Program-made: the position numbers and the translations under genes | IMG/VR virus record: IMGVR_UViG_3300047476_000577 | Location: 32,001 to 96,000 of that record | Source of the DNA: a virus | DNA: 64,000 nucleotides | Direction: 5' to 3' (one strand) | Part shown: one piece after another, positions 1 through 10,024 of the stretch | Layout: every line of letters begins with the position of its first letter | Position numbering within the stretch: the first letter of the stretch is position 1 | The notes under the pieces: model-generated | What the model saw: the letters and a program-made list of their open reading frames with translations, nothing else | What the model was told of the DNA's origin: nothing | Database searches by the model: none

Positions 1-198
1 AAAATTTTTGACAACTTGAACATTTACCTTATTAAGAACAACGACCCTAGCCAATATATTGGAAAAATATCTATTCCAAACTCTAGCATTTACAATGGTG
101 CAGAGTTTAGTATAGGTTATGATAGCATACCGGATAATGTCGGATTGATTTACGACAACAGTTTTGTTACAATTAACTACTCTATAGAATCAATATGA
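1..198 (+). CDS. 3' part of a hypothetical protein (probably starts upstream of the window)
   Basis: Open frame from the window edge; ATGA overlap with the next gene. Confidence 0.55.
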   Translation, partial: KIFDNLNIYLIKNNDPSQYIGKISIPNSSIYNGAEFSIGYDSIPDNVGLIYDNSFVTINYSIESI

Positions 199-1181
199 AA
201 ATACCAATTACAGAATTTGACATAGTCTTTATGAGCTATGACGAGCCAAATGCAGATGAGAATTATGCAGACTTGCTAACTAAAGCTCCTTGGGCAAAAC
301 GCAGTCACGGAGTTAAGGGCAGCGATGCTTGCCATAAAGCAGCAGCAGCCCTAGCTGAGACTGACCGATTTATTACTATTGATGCTGACAACATCGTACG
401 AGATGACTTCTTTAATATAGAATTAGACGATAGGCACTTCGGCGAGCTTGATGTCATCAGCTGGGCAGGCAAAAACGTAATCAACGGACTAGTATACGGC
501 AACGGTGGTATCAAGTGCTGGCCAAAGGTAGTTGTAGAGCAAATGAAAACTCACGAAGCCGCTAGCGGTAACAATCCTAGTTCGCAAGTAGACTTTTGCT
601 GGGACATTAACTATCATCAGATGAACAACGTCTACAGCGATGTACACAACAATGCAAGTCCGTATCAAGCGTATCGAGCAGGATTCCGCGAAGGTGTTAA
701 GTTGTCATTGTGGGATGGAGTAACAGTTGATTCTCGACAACTTAAAAAACAAGTACACCCTAAAAATTATCAACGACTGCTAGTATGGACTAGTGTTGGC
801 CGTGATGCTAAACACGGTCTATGGGCAATGTACGGTGCTCGGCTAGGTTGTTACTTAGCTAACTTAAAACGTGATGAGTTTAACTTTGTTGATGTGCGAG
901 ACTTTGATTGGCACGATCGATACTGGAACGATGTAATTGCAAAACGTTTCCAGGATAATACAGATAGTGCCTGCATCAAGACAGGACACAAGTGGAACAA
1001 ACATCAACTATGGCGTGCTACAGTAGACTTAGGAAATATTCTACGTCAGGAGTTGGATCTAGAAATCGCAGACTTAGACGATATGGGCAGTAAGTTCTTT
1101 AAGGCAACTTACGTTAATCCAAATCGCTTAGGTCCTATGATTAAAGAAAGCCAAGTAATCGAAGGCGTTATCGGTGAGTAA
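195..1181 (+). CDS. Glycosyltransferase family 2-like protein
   Basis: DIVFMSYDEP start, DxD motif (IDAD), NGLVYGNGGIK and AGFREGVKL motifs shared with two paralogs. Confidence 0.75.
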   Translation: MKIPITEFDIVFMSYDEPNADENYADLLTKAPWAKRSHGVKGSDACHKAAAALAETDRFITIDADNIVRDDFFNIELDDRHFGELDVISWAGKNVINGLVYGNGGIKCWPKVVVEQMKTHEAASGNNPSSQVDFCWDINYHQMNNVYSDVHNNASPYQAYRAGFREGVKLSLWDGVTVDSRQLKKQVHPKNYQRLLVWTSVGRDAKHGLWAMYGARLGCYLANLKRDEFNFVDVRDFDWHDRYWNDVIAKRFQDNTDSACIKTGHKWNKHQLWRATVDLGNILRQELDLEIADLDDMGSKFFKATYVNPNRLGPMIKESQVIEGVIGE

Positions 1182-2592
1182 GGGAATTTACCTGGAAAGG
1201 CTAGAGAAGTTAAAAGCTAGCCTCGACGCAATTAGTCCTAGCTTTTGTGCAGCCAAGTGGAAGCAAGTTACTATACACTTGCAAAACGGCTTGACGCATA
1301 GTTGCCATCATCCATCTACGCATAAAATTCCTATTGAGGAAATTAAAGTTAACCCTAGTGCACTGCACAATACTAACTTTAAAAAAGAACAACGAAAACT
1401 AATGCTAGAAGGCAAGCGCCCTAGCGAGTGCGATTACTGCTGGCGTGTAGAAGACACACCCGGCGAGCATTACAGTGACAGGATTTACAAAAGCACAGAA
1501 CCTTGGGCATATAAGACTATTCCTGACATACTTGCAGAACCTGCAGGCTTTAATACGATACCTACGTATGTAGAAGTAAGTTTCGGAAATACCTGTAACT
1601 TTAAGTGCAGCTATTGCAGCCCCGAGTATAGTAGTAAATGGGTCGAAGACATAGAGCGCCACGGCGCAGTACAAGTCTCTGGTTCTAAATTTAACGATAT
1701 ATCTTATATAAAGTCTAAGGGCTTTATGCCTATCCCCGCTAAGGATCACAATCCTTATATAGACGCTTGGTGGCAATGGTGGCCAGAACTGTACCCTACA
1801 CTGCATACATTTAGGATAACAGGCGGCGAGCCGCTACTTAACAAGAACACATTTAAAACATTGGATTGGATCATATCGCATCCTAATCCTGAACTAGACT
1901 TGGCTATCAACAGCAACCTAGTAGTGCCCGATAATTTAATGCAAGAGTTTATCGACAAGGTCAAGTTCATTGTTGACAATAAACTTGTCAAGCGTATAAC
2001 AGTTTACACTAGTGTAGACACTGCTGGCGAGCACGCAGAGTATATCCGAACAGGTTTAGACTATAACAAATGGTTGGCTAACGTTAATCGAGTAATAAGA
2101 GAGACTGGCGCTTTTATTACTATAATGTCTACGTTCAACTTGTTGAGCTTTACTAACTATAAACAACTGTTAGCCGACATTCTTGTTATTAAGACTGATC
2201 CTACATTGATAAGAACAGGGGCAGATAAGAGTGTAAAGGCGCCACTAACAATAGATATTCCTTATTTGCGTTATCCGGAATTCCTTAGTGCATTGATTGC
2301 CACGCCCGCTATAAAGCAAAAGTTTAGCGAACTAACTGAAATGGTTACTGCTAACCTAGGACATAACGTAGTGCACGGTCATCACTTGGGATTTTACAAA
2401 CACGAAGAGCAAAAGTTTGTTCGTTTACAGCATTTGCTATCTCGCGACGATCACTATAGCCCTACAGACTATGCACGCCATCGTCGTAGCTTTGCAATGT
2501 ATGTAGACGAGATGGATCGCCGCAACGGGACAGACTTTAAAGCAGTCTTTCCTGAATACATTGATTTTTATAATTACTGCAAAACACTATAA
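1174..2592 (+). CDS. Radical SAM protein with N-terminal twitch/SPASM-like Cys cluster
   Basis: CNFKCSYC (CxxxCxxC), ITGGEPLL, N-terminal C..W/CHH/CDYC. Confidence 0.9.
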   Translation: MSKGIYLERLEKLKASLDAISPSFCAAKWKQVTIHLQNGLTHSCHHPSTHKIPIEEIKVNPSALHNTNFKKEQRKLMLEGKRPSECDYCWRVEDTPGEHYSDRIYKSTEPWAYKTIPDILAEPAGFNTIPTYVEVSFGNTCNFKCSYCSPEYSSKWVEDIERHGAVQVSGSKFNDISYIKSKGFMPIPAKDHNPYIDAWWQWWPELYPTLHTFRITGGEPLLNKNTFKTLDWIISHPNPELDLAINSNLVVPDNLMQEFIDKVKFIVDNKLVKRITVYTSVDTAGEHAEYIRTGLDYNKWLANVNRVIRETGAFITIMSTFNLLSFTNYKQLLADILVIKTDPTLIRTGADKSVKAPLTIDIPYLRYPEFLSALIATPAIKQKFSELTEMVTANLGHNVVHGHHLGFYKHEEQKFVRLQHLLSRDDHYSPTDYARHRRSFAMYVDEMDRRNGTDFKAVFPEYIDFYNYCKTL

Positions 2593-3290
2593 TGCTTGAC
2601 GTAATATTTTTAAGCTACAACGAACCCTTTGCAGATGCAAACTTCGAGCACTTACTACAATTCGCACCACACGCTAAACGTGTAAGCGGAGTTAAAGGCA
2701 TTTTAAATGCACACAAAGCCGCTGCTGAAAAAGCAATGACTACTTATTTTTACGTAGTCGATGCAGACGCAGTGATTGTAGATGACTTTGAATTTAACTA
2801 TACGCCGACTAAGTTTGAAATGTATCACAACGTTCCGGCAACAGAGTGTATCACTTGCTGGTCAAGTAAGAATCCTATAAATGGTTTAGTATACGGATAC
2901 GGCGGCGTTAAGTTGTTCCCTAAGCACAAACTTTTGTCAGTTACTGAATGGCGAGTTGACTTAGCTACTAGTACAGGAATGCCATTTAGACCTATTAAGC
3001 GCATCAGTAACATAACCGCCTTTAACTATGATGCAGTTACTGCCTGGCGTAGTGCTTTCCGTGAATGTGCTAAATTGGCTAGCGGCCAAATGTACGGTAA
3101 CGATGAATCGAAATATAGACTAGACATATGGACTACACAAGGTGCAGATAAGCCTAACGGAAAGTTTGCTATTGCTGGCGCACTTGCTGGCAGAGAGTTC
3201 GGACTTGCTTGTGGCAACGATTTAAATAAGTTGCAACAAATTAACGATTTTGATTGGTTGAATAAGAAATACTATGAGTCTAATATTTGA
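2592..3290 (+). CDS. Glycosyltransferase family 2-like protein
   Basis: DVIFLSYNEP, VVDAD, NGLVYGYGGVKLF, WRSAFRECAKL. Confidence 0.75.
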   Translation: MLDVIFLSYNEPFADANFEHLLQFAPHAKRVSGVKGILNAHKAAAEKAMTTYFYVVDADAVIVDDFEFNYTPTKFEMYHNVPATECITCWSSKNPINGLVYGYGGVKLFPKHKLLSVTEWRVDLATSTGMPFRPIKRISNITAFNYDAVTAWRSAFRECAKLASGQMYGNDESKYRLDIWTTQGADKPNGKFAIAGALAGREFGLACGNDLNKLQQINDFDWLNKKYYESNI

Positions 3291-5580
3291 CGTACCTGTA
3301 GTTTCCAGTAGAGAATTTTTACAGATTAAACGGCTTAACGATGCAGATGCGGTTAAAGAAGTAGCATCCTGGAACAAATACAAAAAGTTTGTCTGGATTA
3401 AAAACCACGATGTTGATCCTGCACTGTTTGAAAATTTCGATTTTAAATTTGTTCCTACTAAGCTAGAAGCAAATAGAATACATTTGTTTGTATACGAAGA
3501 CACTCCGCATTGGTTAGCTAAACTCGTTCCTTTAAACTGGAAAGAGTCTAGCTCATACGTACTACACGTTATAAATCAAAAACGCACTATAGTCTTTAAG
3601 AATCAATTTCTCAATCACGTGCCGGATGAGGTAGCTAATTACTTGCCTGCCCCGTACGATTTAAAATATACACACGTCTGGAGATTTGATACAGCAACAT
3701 CTGACAACAAGTCAATTGACGCAATACATATCAATTACTGCGAAAATCCGCAAGGTATCAAAGTAGTAAATGTTCCAGTCAAAAACAAGTATACGCTAGA
3801 ATGGAACACAGAGTTGCCCGATGTGACGTACCCTGGCCTGCAACAAGCATTAGACTCTGTTCACTATAGTGCAGGAAAATACACTACTGTCTTTTACTTA
3901 GATGACGAGCACAATACTACAAAATACAATGTATGGATTGCTAAACTTGTTCCTAGTAATAGCGTAGGGCTCAAAGTAGGCGGAAGATTTAAACCAGCAG
4001 TGCCGTTAACAGTAGGATGCAAGCTAACATTTAACCCGTTAGTAGTAGAGCAAGAATATGCTGCAATACCTGACAACTTTGTTCCGGCAGCAGACAAAGT
4101 AAAGTATGAGCACGTTTGGTACATCGAAGATGCACTGATTAGGTACGGCACTAACACTTGGGGCAAGACGTCGGAACGCACCTGGCTAGCTAAGTACGGT
4201 CCAGAAAATCCTATAGGTACAGTGGAAGTTAAGGTGTTGCCAGCACAAGTTCTAATAACTAACCCAGACATTCCTGACTGCGAGCTCAAAGGATTTAACT
4301 TTGATGCGCTAGCCGAAACTACAGGATACGAAAAAGTATGGTACTTGGATCCTAGTTTAACTAACGGCGAAGAAGGCATATGGGCAGTAAAATACGGCCA
4401 CGGTAGTCCTATTAATATGGGTATGCTTAAACCAGAGTTCTCTGCAAGTATAGAATACAATAGCGACTATGCACTGTGGGATTGGAGCGAAGTAAAAGAA
4501 ACATTTAAGCCCTCTTACAGCGAAATGTGGTACGAGCACGTCTGGTATAAATCCAAAACGTTAAAGGTATGGGGTGTAAAAGCCAAGTTCACTAAACGTA
4601 CTAAGGGCGTTATCCATCACGGTTACATAGAACCTAAAGTTCCTGCCTGGCCAGTTGACAAAGGAGATGCTCCTTTGTATTGGAAACTAGCACAGGGGTT
4701 TAGATTTGACGAACACTGGAACTCTAAGTTTATGCCAAGCATTGGTAACGAAAAGAAAGTACACGTATTCGGCCTGCGTGATCCTCGAGGCGAGTTTATA
4801 GACTACGGTGCTTGTTACCTGTTGCCTAATCGCACCATAACAGACACTGACATATTAAAGGCAGTTAAAGTGTCTAGTAGTGGTGCACAGGAAGATGACT
4901 TTGATGTAGTATTTTTAAGCAACAATGAACCTTACGCAGATGCACACTATGCAGAGTTATTAAAGATTGTTCCTACTGCTAAACGTGTTAACGGTGTTAA
5001 AGGTATTGCGGCAGCACATATAGAAGCAGCAAGACAAGCAACTTCTAATATGGTGTTTATTGTGGACGCTGACTGTCGTGTACTAGATGCTAAAGTATTT
5101 TTACATCACCCATTATGGGCAGATAGAAATAACGTGCACGTATGGAAAAGCCGCAACCCTGTTAACGGACTGGAGTACGGATATGGCGCTATCAAATTGT
5201 TTAATAGACATCAACTACTTGGCGCAACTACTTGGACAGTTGACTTCTCTACTACGTTCAACAACAAGTTTAAAGTCATTAACAAGCTAGTATGCGAAAC
5301 AGCATTTAACTACAATGAAGAAACAACCTGGCGCAGTGCTTTCCGTGAATGTGCTAAGTTAGCAGCTAAAGTAATTCCAAATCAAGTCGACAGCGAAACA
5401 GTGCGTAGACTAGAGGTGTGGACTACGCAAGGAGCCGATAAGCCGTACGGTGAGTGGGCAATTAAAGGTGCACTTGCAGGTAAAGAATGGGCACAAAATA
5501 ATCCGGAAGAGTTACACTTGCTAAATGACTACGATTGGCTAGCAGCAAAGTTTAAGGAAGCATATGACAACAACTGCTAA
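3274..5580 (+). CDS. Repeat-containing protein with C-terminal GT2-like domain
   Basis: C-terminal ~225 aa closely match 2592..3290; N-terminal part repeats a Y-x-H-V-W module. Confidence 0.7.
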   Translation: MSLIFDVPVVSSREFLQIKRLNDADAVKEVASWNKYKKFVWIKNHDVDPALFENFDFKFVPTKLEANRIHLFVYEDTPHWLAKLVPLNWKESSSYVLHVINQKRTIVFKNQFLNHVPDEVANYLPAPYDLKYTHVWRFDTATSDNKSIDAIHINYCENPQGIKVVNVPVKNKYTLEWNTELPDVTYPGLQQALDSVHYSAGKYTTVFYLDDEHNTTKYNVWIAKLVPSNSVGLKVGGRFKPAVPLTVGCKLTFNPLVVEQEYAAIPDNFVPAADKVKYEHVWYIEDALIRYGTNTWGKTSERTWLAKYGPENPIGTVEVKVLPAQVLITNPDIPDCELKGFNFDALAETTGYEKVWYLDPSLTNGEEGIWAVKYGHGSPINMGMLKPEFSASIEYNSDYALWDWSEVKETFKPSYSEMWYEHVWYKSKTLKVWGVKAKFTKRTKGVIHHGYIEPKVPAWPVDKGDAPLYWKLAQGFRFDEHWNSKFMPSIGNEKKVHVFGLRDPRGEFIDYGACYLLPNRTITDTDILKAVKVSSSGAQEDDFDVVFLSNNEPYADAHYAELLKIVPTAKRVNGVKGIAAAHIEAARQATSNMVFIVDADCRVLDAKVFLHHPLWADRNNVHVWKSRNPVNGLEYGYGAIKLFNRHQLLGATTWTVDFSTTFNNKFKVINKLVCETAFNYNEETTWRSAFRECAKLAAKVIPNQVDSETVRRLEVWTTQGADKPYGEWAIKGALAGKEWAQNNPEELHLLNDYDWLAAKFKEAYDNNC

Positions 5581-6577
5581 AGGCTTTGCTTATGGCCTAG
5601 AAGGATATACGCTAGGTATTAAAGATGTAGGACTGTTTAATGCTTTATCCAATTATGTAAATGATCCTGCTACCCATAGCTTAATTGCTCTATTGGCTAA
5701 GTTAGGAATATACAGTAAACATCGTACCGCAACACAAAACCTTCTTACTTTAGAAGATTATAACAACATATGCTATCTAGGCAACAATAAGAACTATGAC
5801 CACGTATTCTGGGTACTTATGGCCTTAATACCAGACGCAAAAGACTTGATTTATAACCTTAAGACGTCAATTGACAGCGATAAGTTATTCGACTTTATTT
5901 TAGACTATACTGATAGCGACCACGTTAAGCAACAGCTACTTAATATAAAGAATTTTGATTCTAGCCTAGATTACTTGAAACTACTAGAAAAGTTTGATGT
6001 AATTAACTCTGCGTTTGTATACGATTTGATTAAAGCAATAGAAGCCCATCCTAGTGTTAACTGGAAGGATGCAATAAGTAGATTCCAATTAGGTAGTAAA
6101 AATTGGATAGCCACCGAAATAGGTAAACTAAATGTAGACTTGGGCAATGTCGCTCTTATGGGAGGCTGGGTAGGAACACAGGCACGTATATTATACGATG
6201 CACAAATACACTGTGATTCTATTACTAGCTACGATTTAGATGTTGATGCAAACAGTGCAGCAATGATAGTAAATGCAAGGCATAACACATTTAAGTCTGT
6301 TATGGAAGATATCTACAATGTAGACTACAGCAACTACAACACTGTCATTAACGCAATATGTGAGCACATACCTGATTTTAATTCTTGGTATAGTAGAATA
6401 AACCCTGGCACATTAGTTATACTTCAAAATAACAATATGACAGAAGCACCCGACCATATTAACTGTGTGCACTCGTTAGAAGAGTTTAGTAAACAAGTTT
6501 CCTTATCTACTAAACTCTACGAGGGTGAGTACCAATTTATGAATTGGACTCGTTATATGATAATTGGTTACAAATAA
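5564..6577 (+). CDS. Class I SAM-dependent methyltransferase-like protein
   Basis: VALMGGWVG motif I, SYDLD, VINAICEHI, LVILQNNN. Confidence 0.65.
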   Translation: MTTTAKGFAYGLEGYTLGIKDVGLFNALSNYVNDPATHSLIALLAKLGIYSKHRTATQNLLTLEDYNNICYLGNNKNYDHVFWVLMALIPDAKDLIYNLKTSIDSDKLFDFILDYTDSDHVKQQLLNIKNFDSSLDYLKLLEKFDVINSAFVYDLIKAIEAHPSVNWKDAISRFQLGSKNWIATEIGKLNVDLGNVALMGGWVGTQARILYDAQIHCDSITSYDLDVDANSAAMIVNARHNTFKSVMEDIYNVDYSNYNTVINAICEHIPDFNSWYSRINPGTLVILQNNNMTEAPDHINCVHSLEEFSKQVSLSTKLYEGEYQFMNWTRYMIIGYK

Positions 6578-6883
6578 TTACGCTAAGTAAATGTCTTCAG
6601 TGCAACCGAACTTTGCCAGATACTCTTCTCTGTACATACTGCGAGCTTGAACATCTTGTTCGTTTTGTAGAACATATGTACGTAATGCAACGTCATCTGC
6701 AAATTCAATTGTTTTCTTACGTTGTAGAGGTGTAACATCCTCGGTTGTTAATGAAACAAAACCAGGCGAGGATTCTAACCTAGCTTGTATCTGTTGTATT
6801 CTTAAAGCATTTTCTTCGATATCTGTAAACCAAGGTACATCTGCACTTGGACGAGTGGTAACAATTACTAATTTAACTGACAT
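6578..6883 (-). CDS. Small (~100 aa) hypothetical protein, possibly dimeric alpha-beta barrel; paralog of 23751..24047
   Basis: AGGAG RBS, upstream TAAATA; RP..PWF, PGFVS, TIEF..., R..Y...G pattern. Confidence 0.6.
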   Translation of the reverse strand: MSVKLVIVTTRPSADVPWFTDIEENALRIQQIQARLESSPGFVSLTTEDVTPLQRKKTIEFADDVALRTYVLQNEQDVQARSMYREEYLAKFGCTEDIYLA

Positions 6884-6892
6884 AAGTATCTC

Positions 6893-7573
6893 CTATGATT
6901 GTATATTTATGTTAGACACCTGATCTACTCTTCGTCTCAGATTGTAGTCTAAATCTAAATCTCTATATCTATTTAGTAAAGACCATTTTCTTATCAGAAT
7001 AGGAACACTATTTTTTGTTTCTAGTATTCCTAGCATCTTGCTAAAATTAACATACTTGCTAGCAGAATACGGCTTAATTAGCTCTTCTACTGTTACAACA
7101 TATCTAGCAGAATCAGTCTCGAAGTCCCACATTAAAGAAGAATACTGTTTGTCTTTCTTATGCTGAAGATTAACCCCTTGCGCTCCTCTGGCCATTGCAG
7201 CATTAATCGTAACTGCACTGTAAATAGACGTTATATTAATAGATTCGGCATAGGAAATCATTCCGGCCATTAATTTACTAGTAATTTCGTCCGAGTGGAT
7301 ATAGCTTACATAGTTCTTGTCTACGAAAAATAAACCAATGGTAGCAAAAGGTAGTATAGCCCAAGTGCTTATTGTAGAAAATGCTATAAGATTCCCGCTA
7401 TCGTCAAAATTTCCAAATGCAGATACACCTATGTCATTTGCCAAATACAGAGGTAAAATTTTCTTATAATGCAAATCTATATGTTTTGTTTTTTTGACTT
7501 TTAATAAAGAAGGTTGTGAATCATAAACCCTCATCATTTGTTCTAAGTCGCTGCTAATTAGTTTGCGTATCAT
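6893..7573 (-). CDS. GNAT-fold-like protein
   Basis: MIRKL..SDLEQM start, AFGNFDDSGNLIAF, LMAGMISYAES; paralog-like to 12345..12983. Confidence 0.45.
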   Translation of the reverse strand: MIRKLISSDLEQMMRVYDSQPSLLKVKKTKHIDLHYKKILPLYLANDIGVSAFGNFDDSGNLIAFSTISTWAILPFATIGLFFVDKNYVSYIHSDEITSKLMAGMISYAESINITSIYSAVTINAAMARGAQGVNLQHKKDKQYSSLMWDFETDSARYVVTVEELIKPYSASKYVNFSKMLGILETKNSVPILIRKWSLLNRYRDLDLDYNLRRRVDQVSNINIQS

Positions 7574-8325
7574 AGCTTTAGGGTTTGTTTTAAGCCTGGA
7601 ATAAATTTGCCGTCTACTCTAAAACTAAAAGTAGTTTCGTCTGTAGATTCCGAACCGTGATAATCCCAAGTGTTAAAGAAGCAAGCCTTTGTATCTACTA
7701 TATGCTTTTCTTTTGTATCTTCATCGTATACAAAGAATTTTTTTCTTCCTGAAGGATTGAACCATATAAAATTCTGATTCTTGTATGCTTTTTTATTTTC
7801 TAATGGAGGGAATAAGTATTCTTGTGCAGTTGCAAGATCGCTGTGTATTTGCCCGTCGACAAATGGATTAGACACAAATATAACAATTCGTCCTATACTT
7901 TCAAACGGCAAAGTCTTAACAAACTGCATAAGTTCGGGAAACAAAGAAATAGCAGCCTTATTATCTTCGCACAGTGATTGTTCAAATATGTCTTTGTATC
8001 TTCTGCTCTTAGAATGCCTTAGCTCTATATACCCGCCGGCCGCGATTACTTTATTAGTGAGTTCTGCAAACCTGTATCTTTCCTGAGCAGTAAGCTGAGT
8101 TAAAGTATTAAGGTATTCGTCTTCTATAGACTTGTCGTCACAGACATCTAAGTCATTCATATCTTTATATGTCTGATCCTTAGTCTTTGGAGGAAAATAT
8201 GCAATAGGTAGTGGACCATACTTTGCAATACCTCTAGCGACAGGAACGAATAAAGATTCTAATTGCTTAGTATCTATATACGGGCTCATATCTATAAATG
8301 GTGCGCCGTTAATACCTTCTATCAT
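7570..8325 (-). CDS. 2OG-Fe(II) oxygenase/cupin-like protein
   Basis: IGRI, HSD (HxD), FFN..DYHGS, FSFRVDG. Confidence 0.6.
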   Translation of the reverse strand: MIEGINGAPFIDMSPYIDTKQLESLFVPVARGIAKYGPLPIAYFPPKTKDQTYKDMNDLDVCDDKSIEDEYLNTLTQLTAQERYRFAELTNKVIAAGGYIELRHSKSRRYKDIFEQSLCEDNKAAISLFPELMQFVKTLPFESIGRIVIFVSNPFVDGQIHSDLATAQEYLFPPLENKKAYKNQNFIWFNPSGRKKFFVYDEDTKEKHIVDTKACFFNTWDYHGSESTDETTFSFRVDGKFIPGLKQTLKL

Positions 8326-9398
8326 TTAATATACTCGTCTAAGTTTAGTTCATTTAGGAAATTAAGATCCTGGTCTATTGCCTTATACACTTTCCTATAC
8401 CTAAATACTCCGGGTAAGCTAGGGAACTTTGTTTTATTTACATAGTAGTCATAGTCCTTGGTTACTTTGTAAATTAGTTCTTTAGCAGGACCTTTATAAC
8501 TAGCCCAAGTATTGCCTATTTTCTTATCAGGATTATTAACTGCCCATTGTTGCCAATCTTCAGTTTGCCAGAAGTGAATTAAATTATTATTCAAGTAATC
8601 CCAATCTGGTTGAAACTCTGGTTGCTTGTGGCTTAATATCCTAAATTCAACAGCTTGCCATTTCATTGCAAAGTTGTGATACCATAAGTAATCTGCCCAA
8701 GTCTTAATTTCAAAAGGACAAGTTTTTACTAACTGCTCCAGTTGATCTAAGAACCATTTAGTCTGTGTATCGTTATTGATTTTTCTATTAAAGAAAAAAT
8801 GTGCGTAGTTTTGGTAAGGCTTGTTAATAATATCTTCTGTACCGAAGTAATCGATACTAAATTTTAAAGTTAAGCTACCGAATACATTATCACTAAATTC
8901 GCCTGTAATAACTTTGTACTTTTTGTTCAAGTATTGTTCGAATCTGTTGCTGCTAGCAAGTCTAAAATGACGCTTGATAAAATTTTCGTAAAAGTGTTTT
9001 GCTTCGTCTATGCTAGCATCATTTAATATTACCAACAGGCGTTCCTTAAACTCTTTACTGCAATATTGATGTATCAAGCAAGCAACCATAGTACTGTCGA
9101 TACCGCCGCTGTACATTAACACAGGTTGGGTGTCAGGGTCTGCTAGTATTTGTCGCTCTATTTCTAGAATACGCTCAATTGATAATTCTTCAAAAGACTT
9201 TGTAAATGTTTTCCACTTGGGGAATGGATATAAGTTAGTAGTCCTATACGGCAAATCAATAGTACCTGACCTATCTACTACTGCAATACCTGTGTTAATT
9301 GCCTGGGAAAACGTCTTGTAGTTTTCTAATTGAGGATACTTGCGTATATTCTCGTCTGTATAGATATCAGACTGATGATAGTATATTAGGCTTTTCAT
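8322..9398 (-). CDS. PP-loop adenine nucleotide alpha-hydrolase (asparagine synthase/QueC-like)
   Basis: MYSGGIDST PP-loop, ITGEFSDNVFGS, YK..AK..I. Confidence 0.8.
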   Translation of the reverse strand: MKSLIYYHQSDIYTDENIRKYPQLENYKTFSQAINTGIAVVDRSGTIDLPYRTTNLYPFPKWKTFTKSFEELSIERILEIERQILADPDTQPVLMYSGGIDSTMVACLIHQYCSKEFKERLLVILNDASIDEAKHFYENFIKRHFRLASSNRFEQYLNKKYKVITGEFSDNVFGSLTLKFSIDYFGTEDIINKPYQNYAHFFFNRKINNDTQTKWFLDQLEQLVKTCPFEIKTWADYLWYHNFAMKWQAVEFRILSHKQPEFQPDWDYLNNNLIHFWQTEDWQQWAVNNPDKKIGNTWASYKGPAKELIYKVTKDYDYYVNKTKFPSLPGVFRYRKVYKAIDQDLNFLNELNLDEYIK

Positions 9399-10024
9399 AG
9401 CAGAATGTTTAAGAATGTGTCTCGGTGAATTTCATTTAGTAGACCCTTGATAGATTCTACATCATTTAATTCTTTTAGCTTACGCAAAAACTTCATTCTA
9501 AAGAACTCTGTTTTTGTTAGCATATCTATATATAGCTGGTGCTTCAGTATAATTTGTTCCGCTGCCTGCTTTACACTACAGTTATCTAGTTCTGCATAGT
9601 CTACTACCATCGGAGCATTGTTATATGCGCTAATGTCGTAATCATTCTTTTGTAAGAATACAGCTTGCTCGTACTTTATCCTATATGTTTCTAATTGTAG
9701 AATATTAAGTTCTTCGTATCGTGCACGTGCTAGATTAATTCTATTAAGTATTTCGAAATAAATCCAACGTTTGTGGTCAACTAGGTTTACTAATGCTTGA
9801 ATAGCAGTTAGCTCCTTGTCCACTAAAGGTCTATATTCTAGTTTATCTCCTACTAGAACCCAGTCATATGGCCTTGCAGTTACTTTGTCGTAGTCTGCAT
9901 CAGCTACATTAGACGTAAAGACGTTAGAGTCTACAAAACTCTCGTTAACAAAGTAAAGGTGTTTCTTTTCTTTGTGAACCATTAGCACTCTGTTTAGTGC
10001 ATTACATAGTACGTGTACCCACAT
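9395..10024 (-). CDS. Hypothetical partner of the PP-loop enzyme; paralog of 25189..25845
   Basis: Translational coupling; shared helical C-terminus (DYAELDNCSVKQA vs EYARILEVPVEQA). Confidence 0.6.
   Translation of the reverse strand: MWVHVLCNALNRVLMVHKEKKHLYFVNESFVDSNVFTSNVADADYDKVTARPYDWVLVGDKLEYRPLVDKELTAIQALVNLVDHKRWIYFEILNRINLARARYEELNILQLETYRIKYEQAVFLQKNDYDISAYNNAPMVVDYAELDNCSVKQAAEQIILKHQLYIDMLTKTEFFRMKFLRKLKELNDVESIKGLLNEIHRDTFLNILL

Noticed and set aside
8322-9398. queC / 7-deazaguanine DNA modification pathway
   Set aside because: No QueC Zn-binding Cys motif, and no folE, queD, queE or dpdA in the window.
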